The notes under the pieces were generated by a model that was not told where the DNA came from, searched no databases, and saw only the letters and a program-made list of their open reading frames with translations. Below are positions 38,491-48,914 of a stretch of DNA of 64,000 nt, one piece after another (the first letter of the stretch is position 1; every line of letters starts with the position of its first letter). This DNA comes from an uncultured Actinomycetes bacterium (GTDB taxonomy: Bacteria > Actinomycetota > Acidimicrobiia > IMCC26256 > PALSA-610): positions 60,540 to 124,539 of the forward strand of contig CAVSNP010000008.1 of the NCBI GenBank assembly GCA_963729375.1, in the 5' to 3' direction. A program made the translations under genes and the position numbers.

Positions 38491-38780
38491 TTGGAACGTT
38501 CGGGGATTGCCAGCGCGCCGCGCTGCATTCTCGTCGCTTCGTCGCAGCATCGCGGTGGAGACTCGCCCAGCCGTCGAGCGGCCATGGAGGCGATTGCGAA
38601 TCTCAACTCAAGCATTCCCAAAGGGACGGCACGCGTCGCTCACCCGTCGGAGGCGTCCATTGCGCGCGGAGATGCTCGCAGCGACGCCAACGAGGTTGTC
38701 GGCACTGCGCGCCTGGGACACGAATGCGGTACGGATCGGCCTGACGGACCGTGAACGGCTGTTCGACCCGTCTCGGCGGA

Positions 38781-39062
38781 TCAGACGCACGCACACGGCA
38801 CTCGGCGACAATGTGGGCAACCGTCGGCGAACCGCGCGGCACATTCGTCCAACCCGATACCGAGCTGAGACGCAAGCGACGAGATCCATGCGAGCACGTC
38901 GCCGAGCTCGTGGATCTGCTGCTCAAGCGAACCTTTTCGCACGGCCTGGGCCAACTCGCCGACCTCCTCGGCTATCCACGCAACGGTTGGCGCAAGACCC
39001 CGTTTGCGGTCTCGTTCGCCGTAGGTGGCCTCGATAACAGCCTGCAGTTGGTGCAGTTCCAT
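38781..39062 (-). CDS. MazG-like nucleotide pyrophosphohydrolase domain protein
   Basis: 93 aa: 'AWIAEEVGELAQAVRKG...HELGDVLAWISSLASQLGI'. C-terminal Cys cluster 'GCPHCRRVPCAC'. Confidence 0.75.
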   Translation of the reverse strand: MELHQLQAVIEATYGERDRKRGLAPTVAWIAEEVGELAQAVRKGSLEQQIHELGDVLAWISSLASQLGIGLDECAARFADGCPHCRRVPCACV

Positions 39063-39187
39063 GACGAATCATCTCCGTCGTCGTCTTGGTCACTGTCGGC
39101 GGTGCGTGACCGGTCGGGTGACGTGCTGAGCTACATCTTGACGGTCCACAGGTCGATCGCGTCGGTGTATACGGGACAGGTGATCGG

Positions 39188-39727
39188 ATGTTGAGTCTGG
39201 CGCTCACCGCAGTCGCGCTCGGACTGTCGAATTTCGGCGCCGCGATTGCGCTCGGCCTGTCGGGCGTCGACGCCGCGCTGCGGCTGCGTGTCGCGCTGGT
39301 CTTCGGCGTCTTCGAGGCAGGAATGCCAGTGCTCGGCCTGCTCGTCGGCCACCACCTCGCCGCTTCATTCGGGTCCACGAGCATCTACGTGGGCGGGGGC
39401 TTGCTCATCGCGAGCGGCGCCTACACGATCCGACGGGCCAGGCGAGCGCAACCCGATGCGCCTCCTGCGACCAGTCGCATCGAACCACTTCTCGCAATCG
39501 GCGCCGCCGCGAGCCTCGACAATCTCGTCGTCGGCTTCGCGCTCGGCACACATCGAGTGTCGCTCGCGGTCGCGGTGCCGCTCATTGCTCTCACGAGTGT
39601 CGGCATGGCCCTTGCGGGGCTGGAACTTGGCGGCAGACTCGGCACCATCGTCGAGATGCGAAGCGAAGAACTGAGCGGCGTCGTCCTCATCGTCGTCGGC
39701 GCCGCCATCGCACTCAGGCTCTTGTGA
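39188..39727 (+). CDS. mntP: manganese efflux pump MntP family
   Basis: 179 aa with six hydrophobic segments and a duplicated 'GLSNFGAAIALG' / 'ASLDNLVVGFALG' architecture. Confidence 0.85.
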   Translation: MLSLALTAVALGLSNFGAAIALGLSGVDAALRLRVALVFGVFEAGMPVLGLLVGHHLAASFGSTSIYVGGGLLIASGAYTIRRARRAQPDAPPATSRIEPLLAIGAAASLDNLVVGFALGTHRVSLAVAVPLIALTSVGMALAGLELGGRLGTIVEMRSEELSGVVLIVVGAAIALRLL

Positions 39728-40066
39728 CCGCGGCGTTGACGGATGCTTGCTCCGTCGGCGTCTTCGGACGTCGCGCCGCTCGGAGGAGATTCCGGCCTGG
39801 CGAGGACGAATTCCTGTCAGGTCGTGACCGGCGGGAGGCATCCGGCGTCTCGCTGTCTCAGCGCCCATCGGAGCGGCTCAGACCAGCGCGAGCAGTGATG
39901 GTCGGCGCCACGCGTTCGCACCAACCCGTCGACGCTTGTCCGTTGTTGTCTCGCCGGTGGGCGGGCTCGCCGGCATGGTCTGGTGACCCCGTCGCCCTGT
40001 CGTCCGGCTGTGACCCGGCATGGATGTCGCGGCTCAATGCCGGCGCGAGCGTGCCGATATCCGGGT

Positions 40067-40492
40067 ATGGGCAGACGGCAGATCGCGCACTGGCTCCCGC
40101 CGAAGCGGACGCCGGAGCCGGACGCGACCGCGGTCAGTGACCTCGCGTACTGGAAACGTACCGAGCGTGACGATCCGTTCGACGAACGCGAATTCGACGC
40201 CATATCGCAGGTCGACGACGACGGCCGCGCGCTCGCACGGTGGAAGGACTGCCTCGGCCAGTACGTCGATCTGCAAGGCACCCTCGACGCGCTCCGACTC
40301 CGTCCGCCCTCCGAGCGGCCCTGGCCAGCCTCCGACAACCCGATGGTCGGCTACCTCAACGAACGCAGCACCGAGATCGTCACCGAAGGTGGACTCGAAG
40401 CAGCCATCTCCTGGCTCGCCGCGAACGCATGGTTCGAAGGTGCGCTCGCCGAACGCTCACGCGTCAGCCGGTTCCTCGACTCGTCCGACTGA
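40067..40492 (+). CDS. hypothetical cytoplasmic protein
   Basis: Within ORF 39983-40492, ATG 40067 (MGRRQIAHW). Acidic, protein-like sequence; no family recognised. Confidence 0.5.
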   Translation: MGRRQIAHWLPPKRTPEPDATAVSDLAYWKRTERDDPFDEREFDAISQVDDDGRALARWKDCLGQYVDLQGTLDALRLRPPSERPWPASDNPMVGYLNERSTEIVTEGGLEAAISWLAANAWFEGALAERSRVSRFLDSSD

Positions 40493-40663
40493 GGCGCCGA
40501 TCGGACGGCCGGGCAGTGACACGCCCGAACATGGGCGACGGCACGCGTCAGGTGGTCCTGTACGGCTCAACTGCTGGCCTGCACTGCGGGCGTTGGTTTC
40601 GGGGCTTGCGTTTGGGCTGTCCGACCAACCGATCAGGTCATCGTCGCGACGCGTGGGTGCACG

Positions 40664-42753
40664 CTATTTCGAGCCGGCTCCGAGGGAATGTCGTTTGGTC
40701 CCGAGGGTCAGGATCTGCGCGTCCCCGACGTCTTCATTGGAGCGCCGAGTGGACTCGCGTTGCTCAAGCCAGCGGGTCATGTGCTCGGCCGGGAGGGGGC
40801 GGCTCAGGTAGTAGCCCTGGACGAAGTCGCATCCGTATTCGTGCAGTTTCTGCCACACGGTTTCGCTCTCGACGCCTTCGGCGACAACGGAGAGCCCGAG
40901 ACTGCGCGCGAGATTAATCGTTGACGACACGATGGCCGAGTCCTCCTCGTTGGTCGCCATGTCGGCAACGAAGGCTCCGTCGATCTTGAGCTGACTGACC
41001 GGAAGCCGTTTGAGATACGCCAGCGACGAGTAGCCGGTTCCGAAGTCGTCGAGCACCGTTCTGACTCCGAGTGCGTTGATCGACTGCAGCACTTCCGTCG
41101 CTCGCCGCGGATCGGACATGACCACACTCTCGGTGATCTCGAGTTCCAGCAATGTCGGCGGAACGGACCACTTCTGCAAGAGCGTCGCGACGTCGTCCTT
41201 GAGTTCTGTTGAGTGGAGGTTTCGGGCGGAGACGTTCACCGCGATGGTGACGTCGAGGTTGCGGTCGTGCCAGACGCGGGCTTGAGCGATCGCGAGGTCG
41301 AGCACATGTCGGGTCAGGGGGCCCATGAGGCCGGTCGGTTCGGCCAAGGGGATGAACTCCGAGGGCGGCAAAAGGCCGTGTTCGGGATGTTCCCACCGAA
41401 TGAGAGCCTCGACGCAGTTGACTGCGCCGGTCTTCATGGTCGCGATCGGTTGGTATTGGAGTATGAGTTCGCCCTGCTCGATCGCGCGGCGGAGCTCACC
41501 AAGGAGTCCGAGTCGGCGCGGCGAGTACCGGTCCGTGTTTGCGTTGTACGTCTCATATCCAGTGCCGTGCTCCTTGGCGAGATACATCGCAACGTCGGCG
41601 CGTTGCAGCAACGCGTCGACATCCGTCGTGCGTGTTCGGGGTAGAGCGCGCCGCCGACGCTGGCCTCGATGTGAAAAGGAAGGTCCTGGAGGGCGAATGG
41701 CTGTTGGAGGACCGCGAGGACCTCGGCTCCGAGTTCGGTGGCCTCGACGCGACCGGCGACTGGGCCGACCACCGCGAACTCGTCGCCACCGAGTCGCGCG
41801 ACTGTCAGATGGTCACCGAGGCGCTCATCGAGGCGGTGTCCGACCTGACACAGCAGCGAGTCGCCGACATGATGGCCGAGCGTGTCGTTCACTTCCTTGA
41901 AGCCGTCGAGATCGACCAGCATCACGACGAGTGTCTCGGTGTCGTCCTCGGAAAGCATCCGAGCGAGCCGCTCTCGGAACAACAGACGGTTCGGCAGTCC
42001 GGTCAGCGAGTCGTGGGTCGCGAGCCGTTCCTTGGCGACGGACATGCTCGCGGTTCGATAGACCGCGTAGATACCAGGGATGAACAGGAGCAGCCACACG
42101 ATGCTGCGCGACGCGGCCAGCGCGATGAGCGGACCTTGCGCGATGAGCACCATCGTGGTTGCGGTGTGGAAACCGAGGTTGTTTCGTAACTCCTTGATGA
42201 TGGGGATGCGCTGCGCAATCGCGATCGCGACGATGACGAGCGAGTTATTGAGCAGGAACGACACGAGCCCAGCCGCGAAGGTTGCGACGAAGTCGACCGC
42301 CGCGAAGTGAAGGGTGGCGAATCCCGAAGTGACGCCCAGGCGAAGGTCAGGCGCGATGGTCACCAGGACCATCCACGATCCCGCGATCGACAGCGCATAT
42401 TGCGCGATGTTGAAAATCGCCTTCCACCACTGCTTGCGGGCCCGCACATCGGACACGAGCGCCGCAGTGCACTGTGCGATGATCGCCAGTGCTGGCCCGG
42501 CCAACAGCAATGTGGCGAACATGAACGCGGTCGAGGTCGTGACATCCTCTGCGTCATCGCGCAGCGGCACACGGATTGGGTACAGCTCTCCGACGATCAC
42601 CAAGATCATCAGCACCACGACGGCGGGAGTGGCGGCCCGTATCTCGGCGCCGGCCTGGCCCGCGACGATCCATACGCCGACGGCGAGTCCAGCGACCGAC
42701 ACGGCCGCGACGTATCGCTTGATGGGTTCGAGTTCCCGGAAAGCCATGGCCAA
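40664..42753 (-). pseudogene. membrane-sensor GGDEF-EAL (c-di-GMP turnover) protein, frameshifted between domains
   Basis: ORF 41434-42753 has ~7 TM segments, then 'DSLTGLPNR...RLGGDEFAVV...ALYPEHA'. ORF 40664-41611 continues '(T)TDVDALLQRADVAMYLAKE...EALIRWEHP...LELEITES...DDFGTGYSSLAYL'. The 1-nt shift is at ~41628. Confidence 0.8.
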
Positions 42754-42861
42754 GAGGCGGATAGCCCCGAGCGTCAGCTCGGGGCTACGACGCCCACACT
42801 TCGGGAGCGGACACGAAGTCCGGCCACGCGGACTCGGACGTCGCGTCGCTCACAGAGCGTT

Positions 42862-42951
42862 TCAGCTGAACTTGCGGCCCGCGCCAGTCGCCGCGACGAG
42901 CATGACCAACGACGAGGCAGCGATGCCGCACTTGATGAGCTGCGCCTTCAT
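42862..42951 (-). CDS. 29-aa hydrophobic small ORF with strong RBS
   Basis: AAAGGAG lies ~10 nt upstream of ATG 42951. The peptide is 'MKAQLIKCGIAASSLVMLVAATGAGRKFS'. It sits 108 bp upstream of the GGDEF-EAL gene on the same strand. Confidence 0.35.
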   Translation of the reverse strand: MKAQLIKCGIAASSLVMLVAATGAGRKFS

Positions 42952-43145
42952 TCGCTCCCACTCCTTTAGGCTGTTCCAGAGACGGGGTCCTCCCCGCAGC
43001 CCGGAGGTTCGGGCCACACACCGGGACCCTTGAGCCAGAATTACCACGGAGAGCGTTCGTGAGACGGATGTCACAGCAACCGGTGCCCAGGTAGGCCGAT
43101 AGAACACCGACCGGCTCGACATCTCACCAGGGGGCGCAACCGACC

Positions 43146-43745
43146 GTGTTCCTCCTCGCTCTCGGCCTGCTCGTCCTGATCTCGGTGCCGCTGGCCGGCG
43201 GGCGCCTCTCGAAGCTCGCGAACGTTGACCTGCGGGGCGCGGGCTTCATCTTCAGCTCGCTCGTGCTCCAGGTCATGATCGTGACGATCTTCCCGGGCGG
43301 CAATCCGACGCTTCACCGCGTTCTGCACGTGGTTTCATATCTGCTCGCAGCTGCATTCCTCGTCGCGAATCGTCACGTGCCCGGCTTGCGCTGCGTCGCG
43401 GCGGGGGCGCTCGCCAACGCCGTCGCGATCTTCGCGAACAACGGCGTTATGCCCGCGACCGCCGGTGCCCTCCGAGCCGCCGGCGAGCCGATCAACACGA
43501 AGACGTTCATGAACTCGACGCTGCTCGCGCACCCACGGGTCCCGCTGCTCGGCGACATCTTCGCGATCCCGAAAGCTTGGCCGCTGCACAACGTGTTCAG
43601 CCTCGGAGACATCTGCATCACGATCGGTGCGGTCATCGCAGTCCACACCCTGTGCGAAACGCGACTCTCACGACGCCGCAGACACCAACGCGCACCCGAC
43701 TGCGGCAATCCGCGACCGGTCGAAGCGTCCGGACCGATCATGTAG
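43146..43745 (+). CDS. DUF5317-like membrane protein
   Basis: 199 aa: 'MFLLALGLLVLISVPLAGGRLSKLANVDLRG...ANNGVMP...GDIFAIP'. The family call is from memory of its architecture. Confidence 0.6.
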   Translation: MFLLALGLLVLISVPLAGGRLSKLANVDLRGAGFIFSSLVLQVMIVTIFPGGNPTLHRVLHVVSYLLAAAFLVANRHVPGLRCVAAGALANAVAIFANNGVMPATAGALRAAGEPINTKTFMNSTLLAHPRVPLLGDIFAIPKAWPLHNVFSLGDICITIGAVIAVHTLCETRLSRRRRHQRAPDCGNPRPVEASGPIM

Positions 43746-44973
43746 CCCGACTCGTTGACCGGCCCTGATGCGCGTTCCAGGTCAGCGTCGGGGTCACCCA
43801 CACTCGTCGGATCTGCCGTGCGCCAACAGCCCGGCACGAGCGGCCGCAAACGGCTTGTGACCACGCACCCGCGGAACGTGTTCCCAGCCCGGACCTGTTG
43901 AACGGTGAGCGTGTCCGACGCCGAGGGACTCCGCCAGAACCGGCGTGCCGCGTCGAGTTTGCCGACCGTCAACGAGCTCGCGAGACGCTCTCCGTCGTGC
44001 CCGGTGCGCGGCCGTCCGCTCCGTGTCCTCGCGTCCGGTCGCGACTGCTGGCACCCAGCCGGCTGGGGCGTTCGGCGTCTCGACCTTCGAGGGTCAGGTC
44101 CCCGTCGGGGTCGCCACGTCCGCCCCGCCGCAGGACGTTGACGCCGACGAACTGGCGGATCGCCTCGTCGGTGGGGATGCTCATTCGCCGGGCAAGGACG
44201 ATGAAGTTCGTCAGGTCGACCGGACCGCGCCGCTCCGAGGTGGGTTCGACCGAGACCGGCCGTGTGAGGGGTTCGTCGAGCGCATGTGCGACAGGACCGT
44301 CGCTTCCCTCGGCGACGCGACGGGCGCCGACGCAAGGGCGGCTGAGCGGTGCGGGCGCACAGAGGGGAGGCGCCCGCACCGCACCACTCTCCCCAAGAGC
44401 GGGGGCGGGTGGGGAGAACTTGTTCGAAGGAGACGCGCGCCGGGAACCCGAAAGAACTGTGATCGGCGGGTCGAGATATCCGATCGGAGGGTCGGCGACA
44501 ACTCGCTTGTCGAGTGCCCGAAGCGACCAGACGCGCATATATCGCCCTCCGAGCGGGATTCCGTGCTGATCGGAATCGTCAGGGAGTGCGGCTGCGTGGT
44601 CCGGGCGAGCACACACAAGAACGTGGCAAGTAGTTAACTTTGCCCACCTTCACTTTGTACCCACTGTCAAGTGACCAAACTCCACCTTTCCCGCGAAGTG
44701 CCCGGCTCGAGTGAGCCCGTCAAGGTGGGTGCAGACGCGACCGCCTCCCGGCGTCGCAGGCACAGTGCTGCATGTCGACTGCATCGCCCGCCCACGAGCG
44801 GCTGGGCGGTGCAAGGCAAGTGGGCGGTCAGCGAGAGGACGGGCCTCGCACCCTTCGAGCGTTGCGTTGAGGTCGACGCGTCGGCGCGGCGCCTGGTACT
44901 CGCAACGGGCTGGCGCGTTGTACTTCCGTCATCGGCGGCAATGCGTTGACGGGTTGCGGGTCGCCGGGAGAGC

Positions 44974-45552
44974 ATGGGCCGTATGGGGCGACGGGGGGCT
45001 GCTGGCGTCATGCTCGTCGTCGCGCTGTGTGTGCCGATGGCTCCTCTCGGAGCTTCAACGGCGGCTGCCACGGGCGGGTCTGCGTGCCGGTCGTTTGTCG
45101 GGACGGCGACGTTAACGCCGGGGCTACCGAAGGTCGGGGACACGCGGCGCGTGAAGCCGACGATCTCGATCGACGGCGCACGACTACGCGGCTGTCCGGG
45201 CCGCGCGACGAGCGGCACGGTGTCGGCGACGCTGAAATTCGCGAAGCCATCCAACTGCACGTTGCTCATCACCCAGGTCAGTCGGAACATACCTGCGATC
45301 GCGAAGGGGACGTTGACGATCACGTGGGACAACAAGATGACGTCAACGATCGCGCTGTCCATGTCGTTCGGGAGTGTCCTGGACGAGCCTGCGGTGGCGA
45401 TCATGGCAGGCACGGTCGAGGCAGGTCTGTACCAGGGTCTGAAAGAGTCATGGAACGTGCTCTGGACGATGCGCCAGACAGAGTGTTTCGGAGGAGCGCC
45501 GCTGACGTCGCTCGCGTTCAGCAAGTTCGCGGCGGTCGCCGCGAAGGCCTGA
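44974..45552 (+). CDS. secreted hypothetical protein
   Basis: Signal peptide 'MGRMGRRGAAGVMLVVALCVPMAPLGASTAAA', followed by a beta-rich, Cys-containing sequence. No family recognised. Confidence 0.6.
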   Translation: MGRMGRRGAAGVMLVVALCVPMAPLGASTAAATGGSACRSFVGTATLTPGLPKVGDTRRVKPTISIDGARLRGCPGRATSGTVSATLKFAKPSNCTLLITQVSRNIPAIAKGTLTITWDNKMTSTIALSMSFGSVLDEPAVAIMAGTVEAGLYQGLKESWNVLWTMRQTECFGGAPLTSLAFSKFAAVAAKA

Positions 45553-45858
45553 CCGCAGCGTTCGAGACACACAACGTCGAAGCGGATCCGTTTTGTCGGC
45601 GATGAGAACCGACGGCCGCCCGGTTGTGCCGACGTGTGATCGTGGGCGGTGACATCAGGGTCGTATCTTTCGGCCGACGCGAGCTGCGCAACCCGCCGCA
45701 CAGCACGAGACTGACGAACGTGCACGACCGACCCTGAGCGTCGGTTTGTGAGGCGCTCGGCGGATTGCACACCGTTGGCACCGCCGCCGCGCAATCTCGG
45801 AGCTGCCAGCTGAGACGAACGGCACGCAATCCTGCGCGTCAGGCGTTGTCGTGCGATG

Positions 45859-46851
45859 TCACGGCATCGAATGCGCCGCGAAGAACGACCAGATGACGGT
45901 GGCGGCGTGGATGGCGTCGGTCTGGGGCCCGAGGCCACGGGTGATCGAGCGCGGCAGCTTCGGTCCGCCGGGCCACTCATGGCCTTCGTCGGCGAACGTG
46001 TACAACTCCACGGCGCTGTCGCCGCGACAGCGGCCGTATTCGGTGAGCGTGACCCCCGGGTCGGGATGCGACGTGTCCGCGGTCGGCGAGCATCCGTCGT
46101 GCGCGGCCCATCGTTGCGCGGCGACCGGGACGCTGTAGGTCCAGTACGCCTGACCGTGCCCGGCGTACGGGTCGACGGGATCGAGCAGGCCGTGAAACGA
46201 GATCACGGGGACCGGCCGGGCCGCGTCGCATTTCGCAGGCAAACGGAGTCCGCTGACGGGCGCGACTGCCGCGAACGTGGTGGCGGCATCGCAACCCAGC
46301 TGACTCGACATCCGCGCGCCACCAGAAAAGCCGGTCGCGTACACACGCGTGGGATCGATGCACGCGCGCGATCGCATCGTTGACACCACGTCTTCGAGGA
46401 ACGTCTCATCGTTGGCGGCACCGGCCGGAACCGGCGAACCGCCGAGCAAGGGTACTCCCGGAATGTTCCAATCAAAGCCGGTGCCCGACGGGATGATCGC
46501 CTGCGGGTAGACGACGATGAACGTGTCCGCGTCGGCGGTGGCGTCCATTCCCGAAAAGCCTTCCTGCTGTTCGGCGGTCGACCCGCTGCCATGCAAATTG
46601 AGCACCAGCGGTGTCGGATGCGTATCGGAGTAGCCGCTCGGGATATGCACGATAAACAATCGTGTGCGGCCCCCGACCGTGATGGATGTGGTTGTCGTCC
46701 CCGACGAAACCGGACGTCCACATCCGCTCGAGGCTGACGCGGAGGCGTCATTGGCGGACTTCGGAGCCGCTGGGGATGAGGTCGAGCTTGCGCATGCCGC
46801 GAACAGCACCGCAGCAGCCGCCATGACCCATATCCCTCGCGCCTGGCGCAC
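45859..46851 (-). CDS. lipoprotein, PHB-depolymerase-family esterase (paralogue of 22004-23095)
   Basis: 'VMAAAAVLFAAC' lipobox, 'PLVLNLHGSGS', 'VYATGFSGGARMSS' and 'VISFHGLLDPV'. The start (GTG 46851 or ATG 46824) is uncertain. Confidence 0.75.
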   Translation of the reverse strand: MRQARGIWVMAAAAVLFAACASSTSSPAAPKSANDASASASSGCGRPVSSGTTTTSITVGGRTRLFIVHIPSGYSDTHPTPLVLNLHGSGSTAEQQEGFSGMDATADADTFIVVYPQAIIPSGTGFDWNIPGVPLLGGSPVPAGAANDETFLEDVVSTMRSRACIDPTRVYATGFSGGARMSSQLGCDAATTFAAVAPVSGLRLPAKCDAARPVPVISFHGLLDPVDPYAGHGQAYWTYSVPVAAQRWAAHDGCSPTADTSHPDPGVTLTEYGRCRGDSAVELYTFADEGHEWPGGPKLPRSITRGLGPQTDAIHAATVIWSFFAAHSMP

Positions 46852-47245
46852 CGACCCTCCCGTAGGTGTTGCCCCCCAGCGGTCGGGTCGGCTCACCCCG
46901 GCGGTCAGCGTAGTGTCCGTACGTTGTCGCGACCGAGCGGCGCGGGGATGCGTCCTCGTCGCACAGTGTTGAAATGCGTTCGAAGTCCGCTCCGCAATCT
47001 TTGGCTCACGCATGTCGTCGTGACGTTCGCGCACAGATGGTGAGCGGGTCGGCTTCGTCGCGCCGGAACCGAGGTCGCGGCAGCCCGCGGTCAGCGAAGC
47101 GGGCGCGCTGGAGGGAACCGCCAGCGCACCGCAACGCGGTCACCGTGTCGCGCCGCGACTGGACACCGATTGCCGGCGCGGCGCTGTGGCGCGCCAGACG
47201 TGCGACCGGTGGCGACAGATTGCGATGGCGACTTGACGGTGCCGT

Positions 47246-47593
47246 TCAGCTGTCCGGTTCGGGAGCCGGGGGGCCGTTGTAGACGGTGAGCCGGGAAATT
47301 TTGCCGTCGGCGAATGCGAAAAAGTCGCTGACGAGGGACACGTTGCCGTGCATGCGGAGGCGGATCTCGACCGCGACTCGGTCGTTGTCGATGAGAGGAA
47401 CGCCGGGTTCGGGCCACAGGTCATCGACGGTAAACGCGAGGTCGCGGTAAAAGCTCGCAATGGCGTCGGGGCCGGTGAATGTGCCGGCCAGGGTGGTGAG
47501 TTGTGCGTCGGGCGCGAAGAGGTGCCGGAGTCCGTCGGCATCTTTGTTGCGGATCGCAGCGAAATAGGCGTTGACGAGGTCGAGGTTCGTCAT
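47246..47593 (-). CDS. SnoaL-like / NTF2-fold protein
   Basis: 'MTNLDLVNAYFAAIRNKDADGLRHLFAPDAQL...'. ATG 47593 overlaps the upstream stop (ATGA). Confidence 0.75.
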   Translation of the reverse strand: MTNLDLVNAYFAAIRNKDADGLRHLFAPDAQLTTLAGTFTGPDAIASFYRDLAFTVDDLWPEPGVPLIDNDRVAVEIRLRMHGNVSLVSDFFAFADGKISRLTVYNGPPAPEPDS

Positions 47594-48693
47594 GGGAGTT
47601 GGTAGCACTCGAGTGCGTTCGCGCCCAGGATACGGTCCTGCACTGGCTTGGTGAGCGACGCCAAGGTGTCGCGGAGTTTCGCGACCGCGCCGGGGAATGT
47701 CGAGTCGTGGTGTGGGTAGTCCGAGCCCCAAACGATGCGGTCATTCCCGATGAATGGTGCGAGGGCGGGCAGGGTCGGTTCGTCGATCTCGAAGCTGATC
47801 CAGCACTGTCGAGCGAAATATTCGCTGGGGGTCAGTTTCATGTCTGGGCAGTAGCCTCCGAAGCCGCCGACCTGTTCGTCGAGGCGCCACAACCAGTACG
47901 GTGCCCAACCGCCGCCGGCTTCGAGGAACACGAACCGCAAGCTCGGGTGACGTTCCATGACGCCCTGCGTGATGAGCTGCGCGGACGCGGCCATCTGTTC
48001 GAAGGCGTGCGACATGGCGTGCAAGACCAACGGGTTGAATGGTTTGCGGTCGGCACCGAGCGTTTCGATCGTGTTCGATGAGCCTTCGTGGATACCGATC
48101 GTGACGTCGAGTTCTTCGGCCGCATCCCAGAACCGCTCGTGGCTCGGGTGAGTGATGGTTCGACCGAGGCACGGGTTCGGCCGCAAGAACGCGACCCGGA
48201 AGCCGAGCTCGTCGTGGGCGCGGCGCAGCTCCGCGATCGCGGCGTCGGTCGACTGCCACGGCACCATCGCCGCGCCGTATAGTCGTCGGGGATCGGCGGC
48301 GCAGTATTGCGCAAGCCAATCGTTATACGCCCGGGCGAGCGATGTTGCCGCCTCGGTGTCGAGAACCGACCAGAAGTTCAGACCGAGCGACGGATAGAGC
48401 ACCGCGGTGTCGATGCCCTCGAAATCCATGTCGACGAGGCGAACGTCGGGATCGAAGCCTCCCGGCTGTGCTTCATCGTAGGTTGGTGAGCGTGCAAGGT
48501 CGGCCATGTCCGACCCGGGAGTGCCGAGTTTGCCGAGCGAGACTGTCACGATCTCCTGGTCGCCCACATACACATGGTCGAGACCGTACGAGTCCCGCAT
48601 GACGTGCAGGCGATGGGGCGCCGGACAGACGTCGAATGCGCCGAGCGGTTCGAGTACATGACCATCAGCATCCACGACCCGCGCACCCATCAT
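47590..48693 (-). CDS. amidohydrolase-2 (ACMSD-like) family metal hydrolase
   Basis: 'VVDADGHVLEP' N-terminal metal motif and C-terminal 'VWGSDYPHHDSTFPG'. Likely start ATG 48693. Confidence 0.85.
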   Translation of the reverse strand: MMGARVVDADGHVLEPLGAFDVCPAPHRLHVMRDSYGLDHVYVGDQEIVTVSLGKLGTPGSDMADLARSPTYDEAQPGGFDPDVRLVDMDFEGIDTAVLYPSLGLNFWSVLDTEAATSLARAYNDWLAQYCAADPRRLYGAAMVPWQSTDAAIAELRRAHDELGFRVAFLRPNPCLGRTITHPSHERFWDAAEELDVTIGIHEGSSNTIETLGADRKPFNPLVLHAMSHAFEQMAASAQLITQGVMERHPSLRFVFLEAGGGWAPYWLWRLDEQVGGFGGYCPDMKLTPSEYFARQCWISFEIDEPTLPALAPFIGNDRIVWGSDYPHHDSTFPGAVAKLRDTLASLTKPVQDRILGANALECYQLP

Positions 48694-48914
48694 CCGAAAA
48701 AGGTACCTGTCATCGATCGCGGCGCGCACGTATACACGATCGACATCCGCCAGGCCCGACGATCGCCGACTCGTCGACGCGTCGCTCCCGAGCGGGGCCG
48801 AGCGACGGGCCACCGGTCGCAGAGGTCACGGCCGTCCCGCCGAGCCAACGCCCGACGTGTTGTGGAGGGCTTCGCGTCCTCGGCCAAAGTGCTCGGCTCG
48901 GCGTTGACTCGATA

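Noticed and set aside
39063-39187. yybP-ykoY manganese riboswitch upstream of mntP
   Set aside because: The position is right, but I could not find the conserved GGGGAGUAG element or the paired conserved 3' element. There is only a vague 'cttgacgg'. An Rfam scan would settle it.
43746-44640. Overlapping ORFs 43969-44616 (215 aa), 43373-44335 and 43794-44054 as genes
   Set aside because: One stretch ('VDLTNFIVLARRMSIPTDEAIRQFVGVNVL') looks protein-like. I could not assign a family, a consistent frame or a start, so the region is left unannotated. It may be another decayed gene.
44617-44672. AT-rich imperfect palindrome around GTTAAC ('gtggcaagtagttaactttgcccac') as an operator
   Set aside because: The arms are imperfect and no adjacent gene start is within usual promoter distance, which is too weak to call.
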